This document shows positions 33,650-33,703 of a DNA stretch of 33,703 nucleotides, in pieces. The stretch spans positions 1 through 33,703 of the forward strand of contig JAGGTC010000067.1 in the NCBI GenBank assembly GCA_021163945.1. Reading direction: 5' to 3'. Positions within the stretch are counted from its first letter, which is position 1, and each line of letters starts with the position of its first letter. The translations under genes and the position numbers were made by a program. Under the pieces are notes generated by a model. The model saw nothing but the letters and a program-made list of their open reading frames with translations. It made no database searches and was not told the origin of the DNA. This DNA is from Deltaproteobacteria bacterium. Its GTDB lineage: Bacteria; Desulfobacterota; Desulfofervidia; Desulfofervidales; DG-60.

Positions 33650-33703
33650 GGGCCCATAGCTCAGTTGGCAGAGCCACCGGCTCATAACCGGAAGGTCCCA
33701 GGT
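33650..33703 (+). tRNA. tRNA with CAU anticodon (elongator Met or lysidine-modified Ile2), 3'-truncated by the window edge
   Basis: Acceptor gggccca, U8 A9, D-arm gctc-agttggca-gagc, anticodon stem ccgg/ccgg with loop cuCAUaa, variable loop aggtc, T-stem ccagg. G1 argues against an initiator tRNA. Confidence 0.85.

Overview
This window is the core transcription/translation gene cluster of a bacterium, and every gene is on the + strand. In order it holds: the 3' part of tRNA-Trp(CCA); secE-nusG; rplK-rplA-rplJ-rplL; rpoB-rpoC; rpsL-rpsG-fusA-tuf. Next come the fused S10/spc/alpha ribosomal-protein operons, rpsJ through rplQ, which include secY, adk, map, infA and rpmJ. The window ends with rpsU-dnaG-rpoD and the 5' part of a tRNA with a CAU anticodon. 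I call 46 CDS and 2 partial tRNAs. One CDS, rpmJ (37 aa), is missing from the ORF track. Several track ORFs needed new start codons: secE, rpsN, rpmD, fusA, rplD, rplV, rplP and dnaG. Packing is extremely tight. Only four intergenic gaps exceed 40 nt. Two carry sigma70-type promoters (a consensus -35 with an imperfect -10 before rpsL, near-consensus before rpsU), and a third promoter fills the shorter 36-nt gap before the terminal tRNA. One gap holds a phased A4T4 palindrome (rplE-rpsN) and one holds a long hairpin with a T-run (rpsU-dnaG). I see no mobile elements, CRISPR arrays, defence or accessory genes, pseudogenes or unassigned coding space. My honest conclusion is that this is an ordinary, highly conserved housekeeping region with no hidden novel system. 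The second-look items are modest. They are a Cys4 cluster in EF-Tu, the rpsU-dnaG hairpin with a 12-codon mini-ORF, the curved palindromic spacer before rpsN, the absence of classical r-protein leader regions, and Zn-ribbon forms of several proteins. Codon usage looks purine-rich (AGR Arg, ATA Ile) and beta-prime has an SI3-like trigger-loop insertion, which loosely suggests a thermophilic diderm lineage. Taxon assignment needs a database search that I cannot run.
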